Assembly (NCBI GenBank): GCA_050174015.1
Contig: JBFXKG010000003.1
Coordinates: 64,001-128,000 of the forward strand
Length of the DNA stretch: 64,000 nucleotides
Reading direction: 5' to 3'
From: Candidatus Krumholzibacteriia bacterium
Lineage (GTDB): Bacteria; Krumholzibacteriota; Krumholzibacteriia; LZORAL124-64-63
Under the pieces are notes generated by a model. The model was not told the DNA's origin, did no database searches, and saw nothing but the letters and a program-made list of their open reading frames with translations. Below are positions 19,640-29,476 of the stretch, one piece after another. Every line of letters starts with the position of its first letter. The stretch's first letter is position 1. Both the position numbers and the translations under genes were made by a program.

Positions 19640-21022
19640 TCATCGGGCCAGGACGATCTTGCCCGCGGCCGGACCGTCGGGGGCCGTCATCACCACGAAG
19701 TAGAGGCCGGCCGGGGCCGGCCGTCCGGAGTCGTCGACGCCCTCCCAGACGAGGCTCCGCCCTCCCGGAGGCAGGAGCCCCCGGAACAGTTTCCGGACGA
19801 GGCGCCCGCGCACGTCGTGGATGTCCACGGCCACGGGAATGGCCTGGTCCGCGCCGGCGTCGAGGCGCAGGGTCGTCCGGGGATTGAAGGGATTGGGGAA
19901 GGCCGCGACCCGGGCGCGCCCTGCGTCGGGGATGCCTTCGGGAGCGGGCGAGGGGCCTCCGACCCAGTCCAGGAAGGCCTGCAGCAGTGCGGCCCGCTCG
20001 GCGGCTGTGGACACGCCTGCAAGGTCGAAGGCGCAGAAGAAGCTGCGCCCCAACCCGTAGGTGCTGCGGACGGCGGCCGGCGTCCCGTCCTCGTAGGTCA
20101 GGCTGACGGTTCCGCCGGCCTCGGCCGTCAGGCGGTCGCAGTCGGTGTTGCTTCCTGAGCCGTCCCCACCCTGGAGACCGCAGGCAAGTCCGCCGGTGAC
20201 CGGATCGCCGGCGGGCCCGACGGCAGACTGGTACGGGGCGCCGTCCCCGACGTAACCCGATCCGAGCACGATGGAGAACCAGGAGGCGGCCATGGCTCCG
20301 TGGAAGGGGCTGGCAGGATCGCAGGCCTCGTAGGCGAGATCCCGGCCGCTCAGGAACAGGGCGCCGCCATGCTGCAGATAGTAGGCGAGGACGGCGCGGT
20401 CGGTGTCGTCCAGGCCGGGCGAACCCTCGCCCGCGAACCAGACCACCCGGGGGAAGAGCGAGATCTCCGCGTTGGCAAGGGACCCCGCCACCTGCCGGGG
20501 CCAGGTCGCATGGGAGAGGCCGGAGCCCGCGAGGGCAGCTTCGTAATAACCGGTGGTTCCCTCATCGCCGGTCACCAGGAGGAGGTCGAGGCCGGACGTG
20601 CCGACGTGGAAGTCCAGGGCGGCGCTCCACCCCGGATCGACCCCGCTGGTGACGGTCATGGTGACCGACCCGCAACCGGCCACCGTTTCCACCTGGACGT
20701 CGAGGTCGACGTTGGTCTCCTCGCCCGGCGCAAGGGTGAAGGTGATCTCCACCACGTGCTCGTTGTAGCAGGTGGCGCCCTCGCACAGGGAGGTGATCCA
20801 TCCCGGGGGTACGGACTTGACGATGTTCAGGGTGCAGGTGTCGGCCGCCGTGCCGGTGTTCCTGACCAGGGTGTGGAAGACCACGAGCCGGCCGAGGTCG
20901 GTGACGACGCCCTGGTCGGCGCAGGTGAAGGACAGCCCGGCGGCGGCATGGCCGGCCACCGGAACCAGGATCAGGGCGAGAACCAGCGGCAGGACGGAAA
21001 CGGATCGGTGGGCCAGCATCAT
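19640..21022 (-). CDS. Secreted protein with Ig-like domain ('WITSLCEGATCY'), alpha/beta domain and FlgD-Ig tail
   Basis: Signal peptide, GAGGAGG RBS, PNPFNP...WEGVDDSG tail; ends 38 nt before the selenoprotein candidate. Confidence 0.8.
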   Translation of the reverse strand: MMLAHRSVSVLPLVLALILVPVAGHAAAGLSFTCADQGVVTDLGRLVVFHTLVRNTGTAADTCTLNIVKSVPPGWITSLCEGATCYNEHVVEITFTLAPGEETNVDLDVQVETVAGCGSVTMTVTSGVDPGWSAALDFHVGTSGLDLLLVTGDEGTTGYYEAALAGSGLSHATWPRQVAGSLANAEISLFPRVVWFAGEGSPGLDDTDRAVLAYYLQHGGALFLSGRDLAYEACDPASPFHGAMAASWFSIVLGSGYVGDGAPYQSAVGPAGDPVTGGLACGLQGGDGSGSNTDCDRLTAEAGGTVSLTYEDGTPAAVRSTYGLGRSFFCAFDLAGVSTAAERAALLQAFLDWVGGPSPAPEGIPDAGRARVAAFPNPFNPRTTLRLDAGADQAIPVAVDIHDVRGRLVRKLFRGLLPPGGRSLVWEGVDDSGRPAPAGLYFVVMTAPDGPAAGKIVLAR

Positions 21023-21427
21023 CGGTCTCCCCTCCTCGAGGCCGGCGCTTTGGATATGGGATTTCCGCGAATCATACCACCAATATTTGCAGAAAGTCAT
21101 GGAAATTTTTCTTGTCATTCTGTGTCGGTGAGCCGGTCTGATTCTCCGTTAGTCCAGCCCCCACGTCATGGATGTGTCTAACATGACTCATTTTATACAA
21201 ATTTTGGTGGTAATAATTCAGATCAAATTGTAATATGCGTCTCAAAAACATCACAATATGCTCAGATTTTTAATAAATGATTTTCCCCTGCACTGGTTCG
21301 ATATGATACCCTTGATTCAATCGGATTCCTGCCTGCTCATCACAGCGCCAAAGGTCGGGCATCCGTGGAGGGGAATCCCGGTATTCCGAGATTCATGAAT
21401 CTATCGATCAGAAGAAAGGACTTCGCA

Positions 21428-24400
21428 ATGCGCAGGACAATGCTTGTTGCTGCCTTCCTGGCGGCCGTGTGCGCAGCAGGATCGGCTCCGGCCGCCGGGA
21501 TCCCCCTGTCCGGGGCGGCGCCGGCGCTGGAGGTGACCCGGGACGCCGGGAACGGCCTGGCCTTCCACGTGGAAGTCGGACGGATCCAGACCCTGGACGT
21601 CGACACCCGCGGAGGGACGTTCACCCGCCTGATCATTCCGGGCTTCCATACCTCCAAGGTCGAAGGGTCTCCCGAGATCCCCATGATGAACCGGCTGATC
21701 TCCATCCCCCTGGGCAGCCGGAGCGAGGTCCGGATCAGCAACGTGGTCACGCGCCGGGTCGCCCTGGCCGACTTCGGGGTCCATCATCCGGTGATGCCGG
21801 CCCAGCCCAGCATGTCCAAGAGCGCGGATCCCGCCCAGGTCGCGTTCATCTACGACACGGCCGCCTACGACAAGGCCATCATCCGCCAGGAACCCGCCCG
21901 GGTCGTGTATCAGGGCCGCCTGCGGGCCATGGACATCGGGCGCCTGGAGATCTCCCCGGTGACCTACTTCCCGGCCACCAACGAGATCGAGATCATCGAA
22001 TCCATGGACGTGGCCGTCGACTTCGTCGGCGCCGACCTCAAGGCCGCCGAGGACCTGATCGCCCGCACCTCCAGCCCCTTCTTCGAACATCTCTACACGG
22101 CGGTCGCGGGGGAGAAGGGCTTCCATGACAGCTATCCCGACCGGGTCGGCGACGTGGTGACCATGGTCGTGGTGACCCCGCCGATGTTCGCCGGCCAGAT
22201 GGCCGACTTCGTCCGGTGGAAGACCGAGCGCGGCTTCAACATGATCCTCGCCGTCACCGGCACCCCCGAGGTCGGGACCACCACCGCCTCCATCCAGGCC
22301 TACCTGCACGGCCTTTACAACAACGCCACGCCGGAGACTCCCGCCCCCAGCTTCGTGCTGTTCGTGGGGGACGTGGCCGAGATGCCGACCTTCTTCGAGG
22401 CCGGCGACGCGACCGACCGCCCCTACTGCGCGGTCGATGCGGACCTGGTTCCGGACATGTACTACGGCCGCTTCAGCGCGACCAACCCCACCCAGCTGCA
22501 GGCCCAGCTGGACAAGACCCTGATGTACGACCAGTTCACCATGCCCGATCCCAGCTACCTGGACGAGGTGACGCTGATCGCCGGGGTGGACAGCGGCTGG
22601 GCCCCGACCCACGGCAACGGCCAGATCAACTACGGGACGACCCACTACTTCAACGCGTCCCACGGCCTGACCAGCAACACCTACCTGTACCCCGCCTCCA
22701 GCGGTCCGGTCGAGGCCGAGATCGTCCAGACCGTCAACGACGGCCTGGCCGTGATCAACTACACCGCCCACGGCAGCGAAACGTCCTGGGCCGATCCTGC
22801 CATGGGCCAGAGCGACGTCAACGGCATGACCAACTCCGGCAAGTACACCCTGGCCATAGGCAACTGCTGCCTGACCTCCACCTACGATTACGGCGAATGC
22901 TTCGGCGAGACCTGGCTGCGAGCCGCGGACAAGGGCGCCATCGGCTACATCGGCGGATCGAACTCCACCTACTGGGACGAGGACTACTGGTGGGGCGTGG
23001 GCTACCACCCGAGCAGCGGGATCGACGGAACCGCCTGGCCCTACGAGTCGACGGGCCTGGGCGCCTACGACGGCCTGTTCCACGATCACGGCGAGGCCGC
23101 CGCGCAGTGGTACGTCACCAACGACGCCCTCATCTTCGCGGGCAACCTGGCGGTGATGGAGTCCGGCTCGAGCCGGACCACCTACTACTGGAACATCTAC
23201 AACCTGCTGGGCGACCCCAGCCTCAGTACGTATCTGGCCCCCGTGGCCAACACCGTCACCCATCAGCCCACGGTCTTCGTCGGCGTGCCCGCCATGACCA
23301 TCGGGGCGGACGTGGGCAGCTACGTCGGTCTGACCCAGAACGGGGTCCTGGTGGGCAGCGGCACCGTCGGCGCCTCGGGCTCGCTCGACGTCACCTTCCT
23401 GGATCTGCTGACCCCGGGCGTGCCCCTGAAGCTCGTCGTCACGGCCCAGAACCGGATCCCCTACGTCGCCGACCTGAACGTCATCGTGCCTGCGACCGTG
23501 ACGATCGATCCGATGGTCATCGACGTGAACACCCCGACCGACATCACCGTGACGGTGATGGACGCCGGGGGCACCGTTCCCCAGCCCGGCATCGACATCT
23601 GGGCCGAGGGCCTGGGATACGGGACCACCCCGGTCGCCACCGACGCCGCCGGCGTCGCGGTGATCAACGTGACGGCCGCCTTCGGCCCCAGCCTGGACAT
23701 CGTGGGCCGGGATCCGGCCGAGACCTATCGGCTGTTCACCGAGCAGGTCGACGTCAACGCCCTGGCCCTGACCGCCTCTGACCTGACGGTGTCCACGGAC
23801 GTCGGTCTGGTCGACGCCTTCGCCCTGAACCTGCCCGGCACGCTCCACGCCGGCCTGGGCGAGACCGGCCACACCCTGTTCGCGCAGATGCCCGGGGGCG
23901 GCGTGCTCAGCACGGCCGACTTCGACCTGATCGCGACTCCTGGTCAGCTGGGAACGGTGACAGGCATCATTGCGGTCAGCGGTTACGACATCTACAGCGA
24001 AACCTTCGACGTCATCGAGGCCTACGGGTCCATCGCGGGCACGGTGACCAGCGGCGGGTCCGCCATGGCCGGGGTCACGGTCACCTGTCTGGACGAGTTC
24101 GGCGGCAGCGTGTTCAGCGTCGTCACCGATGCGGCGGGCGCCTACGCCTCGCCGGAGGACCTCCTGGTGGACGACTACTCCCTGGTGGTCGACCACTTCG
24201 GCTACCTGCACTACGAGCAGGCCGTCTTCGTCAACTACGGCTCCAACACCTTCGCCATCGACCTGGCTGCGGCCCCGAGCGGCGTGTTCAGCGGGACGAT
24301 CATCGACGCGGTGACCTTCGATCCCCTGATCGGGACCATCAAGGTCTACCGGAGCGATACGGGCGAGCTCTACACCGAGACCACCAGCGCCGCCGACGGC

Positions 24401-26452
24401 ACCTTCACCACCTCGTCCCTGCCGTACTTCACCTACAACATCCAGGCGCGGGCCTTCCATCACAAGCCCGTCACCCTGTCGATGGTCATCGAGCAGGCCG
24501 TGACCGTGAAGAACTTCGCCCTCGAGCCCACCAGCGGCGACCTGCTGGTGATCGACGACGGGGCCAAGACCTACTCGCACGAGGCCAAGATGGGCGGCAA
24601 GCGCGGCGACGTGATGATCGAGAAGCCCTACGAGGCCCCTCCCGCCAAGAGCGCGGCCCAGATCGGACTCGATCTCGAGGAGATGGGCTATTACGTGAAG
24701 ATCGAGGGCTCGGACGTCGTCGATCCGGCCACCTTCTGGGATTACGACCTGGTGGTCCTGGCGTGCGGGAACAACACCACCACCCTGGCCAACACCGCGC
24801 TCAAGTCGGCCCTGGTGGACTTCGTCCAGGCCGGGGGGCACGTCCTGCTGGAAGGCGGCGAACTCGGTTACGACCAGTACGGCGACGCCGACTTCGCCAC
24901 CCACGTCATGCACAGCAACGACTGGAACGCCGACAGCGCCGGGAACCTGGGCGTGGCCGACGCTGCGGCCTACATCATGAACCATCCCAACAACACCTGC
25001 GTGCCGCTGGCCTTGACCTACTCGGGCTACGGCGACAGCGACGCCATGCGGCCCCTGCCGGACGCCGCCATGCCCATGAACTGGTCCAGCTACGTGGACG
25101 ACGCCGGCGTCATCACCTACGATCCCAATCCCGCGCCCGAGGGCGGGCAGATCGTGTACTTCTGCTTCAACTACCTGGCGGCGGACCAGGGCCGGTTCCC
25201 CCTGCTGGAGAACGCCGTCCAGTGGTTGCTGACGCCCGAGTACGGCACCAGCTCCATCAGCGGGCAGGCCCTTCTGGTCGGCAGCGGCGACCACTCCGGC
25301 ATCACCATCACCGCCACTCCCAACGGCGGCACCACCACGACGGGCCCCGCGGGGATGTACTCCCTGTCCGGGCTGTACGCCGGCACCTACACCATCACCG
25401 CGGCCAAGGCGGGATGGGGCACCCAGGTGCAGGAAGTCACCCTTGCCGAGGGTCAGGACCTGACGGGGGTGGACTTCGTCCTCACCTCGACCACCGAGGT
25501 CCAGGCCTGCAGCGCTCCCAACGTGCCCATCACCGATTACACCGAGGTCACCGACACCATCGTCGTCTCCCAGAGCGGGACCGTCAGCTCGGTGGAGGTC
25601 TTCGTGGACATGACGCACTCCTGGCGCGGGGACATGATCGTCACCCTGACCTCTCCGGCCGGCACTCCGATCCTCCTGCACAACCGCACCGGCTCAAGCG
25701 CCGACGACCTGTACGGCTGGTATCCCGCCGACCTGGCTCCGGTCGGTGACCTCGGGTCCCTGGCCGGCGAGGAGATGTCGGGCGGCTGGACGCTGGCGGT
25801 CAGCGACAACGCCGGCGGCGACACCGGCAACTTCAACGAGTGGTGCCTGCGGATCATCTACTCCGGCGGCGTGGTCGCGGTCGGGGTGGAGCCCATGGTC
25901 GCCTCGCACGCCTCCGGCGGCACGGAGCTGAGCTGGGAATACGATCCCGCCATCGCCGACGGGTTCAACGTGTACCGCAGGGTGCCCGGCGCCTCGGCCG
26001 AGCGCCTCAACGAGCAGCTGCTGTCCTCCCGGGACGGCGTCATCCGCTTCGTGGATGCGGGCGAGGGCCTGGAGAACGGCCAGACGGTCTTCTACAGCTA
26101 CGCCCTGGTCAACGGAGGGGTGGAGCTCAGCTTCAGCGACGAGCTCGAAGTCGTCTTCAACTCCGGGGTGCCCACGGTGTTCGCCCTGCGCGGCAACTAC
26201 CCGAACCCCTTCAATCCCATGACCACCATCAAGTTCGATCTGCCCAGGACGTCCCACGTCCGCCTGCGGATCTACGATGTGGCCGGCAGGCTGGTCCGGA
26301 CTCTCGTCGACGAGAACCGGTCCGCCGCCACGCACGCCGAGATCTGGGATGGAACCGACGACAGCGGGCGCGGTGTCGCCAGCGGCACCTACTACTACCA
26401 GCTGAGCACCGAATCCCGCACCGCCACCGCCAAGATGCTTCTTTTGAAGTAG
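21428..26452 (+). CDS. Gingipain-like (C25, Kgp-type) cysteine protease with propeptide, Ig/CarboxypepD domains, proprotein-convertase P domain and FlgD-Ig tail
   Basis: NYTAHGSETSWADP (His), AIGNCC (Cys), YWDEDYWW, YNLLGDP; AAGGA RBS. Confidence 0.9.
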   Translation: MRRTMLVAAFLAAVCAAGSAPAAGIPLSGAAPALEVTRDAGNGLAFHVEVGRIQTLDVDTRGGTFTRLIIPGFHTSKVEGSPEIPMMNRLISIPLGSRSEVRISNVVTRRVALADFGVHHPVMPAQPSMSKSADPAQVAFIYDTAAYDKAIIRQEPARVVYQGRLRAMDIGRLEISPVTYFPATNEIEIIESMDVAVDFVGADLKAAEDLIARTSSPFFEHLYTAVAGEKGFHDSYPDRVGDVVTMVVVTPPMFAGQMADFVRWKTERGFNMILAVTGTPEVGTTTASIQAYLHGLYNNATPETPAPSFVLFVGDVAEMPTFFEAGDATDRPYCAVDADLVPDMYYGRFSATNPTQLQAQLDKTLMYDQFTMPDPSYLDEVTLIAGVDSGWAPTHGNGQINYGTTHYFNASHGLTSNTYLYPASSGPVEAEIVQTVNDGLAVINYTAHGSETSWADPAMGQSDVNGMTNSGKYTLAIGNCCLTSTYDYGECFGETWLRAADKGAIGYIGGSNSTYWDEDYWWGVGYHPSSGIDGTAWPYESTGLGAYDGLFHDHGEAAAQWYVTNDALIFAGNLAVMESGSSRTTYYWNIYNLLGDPSLSTYLAPVANTVTHQPTVFVGVPAMTIGADVGSYVGLTQNGVLVGSGTVGASGSLDVTFLDLLTPGVPLKLVVTAQNRIPYVADLNVIVPATVTIDPMVIDVNTPTDITVTVMDAGGTVPQPGIDIWAEGLGYGTTPVATDAAGVAVINVTAAFGPSLDIVGRDPAETYRLFTEQVDVNALALTASDLTVSTDVGLVDAFALNLPGTLHAGLGETGHTLFAQMPGGGVLSTADFDLIATPGQLGTVTGIIAVSGYDIYSETFDVIEAYGSIAGTVTSGGSAMAGVTVTCLDEFGGSVFSVVTDAAGAYASPEDLLVDDYSLVVDHFGYLHYEQAVFVNYGSNTFAIDLAAAPSGVFSGTIIDAVTFDPLIGTIKVYRSDTGELYTETTSAADGTFTTSSLPYFTYNIQARAFHHKPVTLSMVIEQAVTVKNFALEPTSGDLLVIDDGAKTYSHEAKMGGKRGDVMIEKPYEAPPAKSAAQIGLDLEEMGYYVKIEGSDVVDPATFWDYDLVVLACGNNTTTLANTALKSALVDFVQAGGHVLLEGGELGYDQYGDADFATHVMHSNDWNADSAGNLGVADAAAYIMNHPNNTCVPLALTYSGYGDSDAMRPLPDAAMPMNWSSYVDDAGVITYDPNPAPEGGQIVYFCFNYLAADQGRFPLLENAVQWLLTPEYGTSSISGQALLVGSGDHSGITITATPNGGTTTTGPAGMYSLSGLYAGTYTITAAKAGWGTQVQEVTLAEGQDLTGVDFVLTSTTEVQACSAPNVPITDYTEVTDTIVVSQSGTVSSVEVFVDMTHSWRGDMIVTLTSPAGTPILLHNRTGSSADDLYGWYPADLAPVGDLGSLAGEEMSGGWTLAVSDNAGGDTGNFNEWCLRIIYSGGVVAVGVEPMVASHASGGTELSWEYDPAIADGFNVYRRVPGASAERLNEQLLSSRDGVIRFVDAGEGLENGQTVFYSYALVNGGVELSFSDELEVVFNSGVPTVFALRGNYPNPFNPMTTIKFDLPRTSHVRLRIYDVAGRLVRTLVDENRSAATHAEIWDGTDDSGRGVASGTYYYQLSTESRTATAKMLLLK

Positions 26453-26465
26453 GCGGCACAACGAG

Positions 26466-26500
26466 GGGCGGCGCCTCTCCAGAGGGGCGCCGCCCGTTTT
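26466..26500 (+). terminator. Intrinsic terminator
   Basis: GGGCGGCGCCTCT...AGGGGCGCCGCCC then GTTTT. Confidence 0.7.
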
Positions 26501-26578
26501 CGGGGTCGGGATCTTCCCGCCCGCCGTCCGGCCGGTCGGTGGGCGGGTTTATCCCGAGCCATGAATCAGGAGTTTACC

Positions 26579-29152
26579 ATGTCGCTGGAACACAGCAGAT
26601 CCCTGACCGGACATCCGAGATCGATCATCCTGCTGCTGTCGGTCGTGGCGGCGTTCGCCGGCTGGACGCCGCACGCTGCCCGCGCCGCCGCGATTCCCAC
26701 CGACGGCCACGGCCTGCCTCTCTGGCAGGTCGCGGTCTTCGAGGACTTCCCCGTGAGGATCGAACTGTCCGGCAGGACCGAACTGGAGGACCTGCTCTCC
26801 ACGGTTCCGGTCGCCGATTTCAACCGGGAACAGATCCGACCCTTGCCCGGAGGAGCGGTCACCCTGGAGACCCGCGTGACGGCGGCCGAGGCCGCCGCCC
26901 TCGCGGCCGCCGGATACCGGTTCGAACGCCTGCGCGATCTCGAGCAGGAGGGCCGCCGCGCCGTCGAGGCCGTCTGGGCCCAACAGGCCGCGGCGGGATT
27001 CACGGATCTCCAGCCCGGCAAGGCCCTGTTCTATCCCACCCACGCCCAGATCGGGACCGATTTCGCCGCCCTGGCCGCCGCCAATCCCTCCCTTGCCCGG
27101 ACGTTCTCCATGGGCCTTTCGGTCCAGGGCCGGGACCTGTGGGGCATCGTGATCTCCGACGACGTGGGCAGCACCGAACCCGAACCCGAGGTCCGGCTGA
27201 CCGGCACCATCCACGGCGACGAACCGGTGGCCATGGTGATGCTCTACAACCTGGCCTTCTACCTGGTGGACAACTACGGGCAGCCCGGCTACGAGGACGT
27301 CACCGACCTGGTCGACCATTACGAGATCCACATCATGCCCCTGCACAATCCCGACGGCTACGCGGCCGGCACCCGATCCAACGCCAACGGGGTCGACCTG
27401 AACCGGAACTATCCCGACCCGGCGGGCACCCATGCGGTCCAGGAGCAGGAAACCCTCAACTTCATGACCCACGCGAACAACCACCACTTCGTGATCAGCC
27501 AGAACGGCCACGGCGGAGCCCTGGTTGTGAACTATCCCTGGGACTACACCTACACCCGGGCCCCGGACGACGCCGCGCTCATCGAGCTGAGCCTCGAATA
27601 CTCGACCTTCAACCTGCCCATGTACAACGGCAGCTTCCCCCAGGGCATCACCAACGGAGCCGACTGGTACATCGCCACCGGCACGCTGCAGGACTGGTCC
27701 TACGACACGACCGGCTGCATCGACGTCACCGTCGAGCTCGGCAACACCAAGTGGCCCGCGGCCTCGACCCTGCAGACCTCCTGGGACGACAACCGGGAAA
27801 GCTTGATGCACTACGTCAAGGCCGCCCGCTACGGGGTCAACGGCGTGGTCACGGGTTCGGACACCGGCTTGCCGCTCGACGCCGCCATCACCGTCACCGG
27901 CAACGCCATGCCCGTCCACACCGACCCCGAGCACGGCGATTATTACAAGCTGCTGGACTCCGGGATCTACACCTTGACGTTCTCGTCCCCGGGCTACCTG
28001 GACGAGGTCGTCACGGGCGTCGCTACGACCTGGGGCACCCCGACCGTCCTCGACGTCGTCATGGATCCGGTGGCCCACGGGGACGTCTCCGGGGTGGTGA
28101 CAGGTGCCGCCGGCGCCGGCCTGGACGCCCAGGTCAACGTCTACGCCCTGCCCCTGGACCAGTTCCACACCGCGGTCCAGGCCCAGGCCTCGTCCGGCGG
28201 GGCTTACACCGCCCATCTGCCGTACGGGGATTACCGCCTGGAAGCGGTGGCGTCGGGCTACCAGACCGTGTCGCAGACCGTGACCGTCGGCGCGGTCCCG
28301 GCCACCCTCGATTTCGTCCTGGGTGCCATCGAGACCGTCGATCTGTTCGCGTCGGACTTCGAGTCCGGCATGGAAGGCTGGACGGGAGGCTGGGGTCTGG
28401 CCGCGACGGGCAATGCTTCGACCGGCAGCCTGACCGACAGCCCGTCGGGCAACTACGCGGACAGCTCGACGAACATCGTGACCATGGTTGAGGGCGTCGA
28501 TCTCACGGGGGCGCTCGGCGCCCAGGTCTCCTTCTGGGCGAAGTGGCAGATCGAGGACATGTGGGACGGGTGCTTCTTCGAGATGTCGGCGGACGGCGGG
28601 TCGGCCTGGACCCCGCTGGCCACCGCCTTCACCGGGGCCGCGACGGGCCAGGGCGGCCAGACTCCGGCCGGGGCGCCCTGCTTCGACAACAACCAGACCA
28701 CCTGGGTGCTGAACACCGTCACGCTGAACGGGTACCTCGACCGGACCGACGTGCGGTTCCGGTTCCGCCTGGACAGCGATTCGAGCATCAACCGGGACGG
28801 ATATTCCTTCGACGACTTCACGGTGACGGTCACCCGCATCCAGCAGGGGATCTCGCCAGTGCCCGCCGCGCCGGGCGACCGCCTGGCGGTGAGCGCCTGG
28901 CCCAATCCCTTCAATCCCCAGACGACGGTTTCCTTCACGCTCCCCGGACCCGGGCTGGCTGCCGTGCAGGTCTTCGACCTCCGGGGGCGCCTGGTCCGCA
29001 CCCTGGAGTCGGGGTTCATGACCGCTGGTCCCGACCGTCGGGTTTGGGACGGCACGAACGAGGCCGGCAGTCCGGTGGGCAGCGGCGTGTACTTTGTAAG
29101 ATTGAAATCCGATCATGACCAGGTCGTGACCAAGGTGCTCATGTTGAAGTAA
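26579..29152 (+). CDS. Secreted M14 carboxypeptidase, paralog of 14287..16569 with one extra beta domain, FlgD-Ig tail
   Basis: HGDE, RSNANGVDLNRNYPD, QDWSY, TVELG; CAGGAG RBS. Confidence 0.9.
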   Translation: MSLEHSRSLTGHPRSIILLLSVVAAFAGWTPHAARAAAIPTDGHGLPLWQVAVFEDFPVRIELSGRTELEDLLSTVPVADFNREQIRPLPGGAVTLETRVTAAEAAALAAAGYRFERLRDLEQEGRRAVEAVWAQQAAAGFTDLQPGKALFYPTHAQIGTDFAALAAANPSLARTFSMGLSVQGRDLWGIVISDDVGSTEPEPEVRLTGTIHGDEPVAMVMLYNLAFYLVDNYGQPGYEDVTDLVDHYEIHIMPLHNPDGYAAGTRSNANGVDLNRNYPDPAGTHAVQEQETLNFMTHANNHHFVISQNGHGGALVVNYPWDYTYTRAPDDAALIELSLEYSTFNLPMYNGSFPQGITNGADWYIATGTLQDWSYDTTGCIDVTVELGNTKWPAASTLQTSWDDNRESLMHYVKAARYGVNGVVTGSDTGLPLDAAITVTGNAMPVHTDPEHGDYYKLLDSGIYTLTFSSPGYLDEVVTGVATTWGTPTVLDVVMDPVAHGDVSGVVTGAAGAGLDAQVNVYALPLDQFHTAVQAQASSGGAYTAHLPYGDYRLEAVASGYQTVSQTVTVGAVPATLDFVLGAIETVDLFASDFESGMEGWTGGWGLAATGNASTGSLTDSPSGNYADSSTNIVTMVEGVDLTGALGAQVSFWAKWQIEDMWDGCFFEMSADGGSAWTPLATAFTGAATGQGGQTPAGAPCFDNNQTTWVLNTVTLNGYLDRTDVRFRFRLDSDSSINRDGYSFDDFTVTVTRIQQGISPVPAAPGDRLAVSAWPNPFNPQTTVSFTLPGPGLAAVQVFDLRGRLVRTLESGFMTAGPDRRVWDGTNEAGSPVGSGVYFVRLKSDHDQVVTKVLMLK

Positions 29153-29182
29153 GAATTCGCCCGGCGGTACCGCTGGGGTTCC

Positions 29183-29213
29183 GGAGGCCGCTTTGCGCGG
29201 CCTCCATTTTTTT
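29183..29213 (+). terminator. Intrinsic terminator
   Basis: GGAGGCCGC/GCGGCCTCC stem followed by A and T7. Confidence 0.85.
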
Positions 29214-29476
29214 GACGGCCCGCCCGCAATGGTTCCGTGAAACTTCTTGGCTGGTATCGGAAATTTTTTGTCAAAACAATACTCATCGGGAAGAAATTCC
29301 TTCGAAATGTAGAATCAACTTTTCAAAGCGCATGGCATCTCTGGTATAGTCAAATCATCGCACAGCTTCAGGTGGAGGGGTTCTTCCTGAGCAGTATGAT
29401 TCCAATCAATACACCCTGGCGGGATCCTGCCCCGAATCGGCGCCCCGGATTCCGCCCGATCCGGAGGTGCCTTTCC

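Noticed and set aside
29237..29265. Third copy of the ECF motif (GTGAAACTT)
   Set aside because: No CGT at the matching distance.
29333..29350. Sigma-54 promoter (TGGCATCTC...) before the large S8 gene
   Set aside because: No GC at the -12 position; better explained as an extended -10 (TGGTATAGT).
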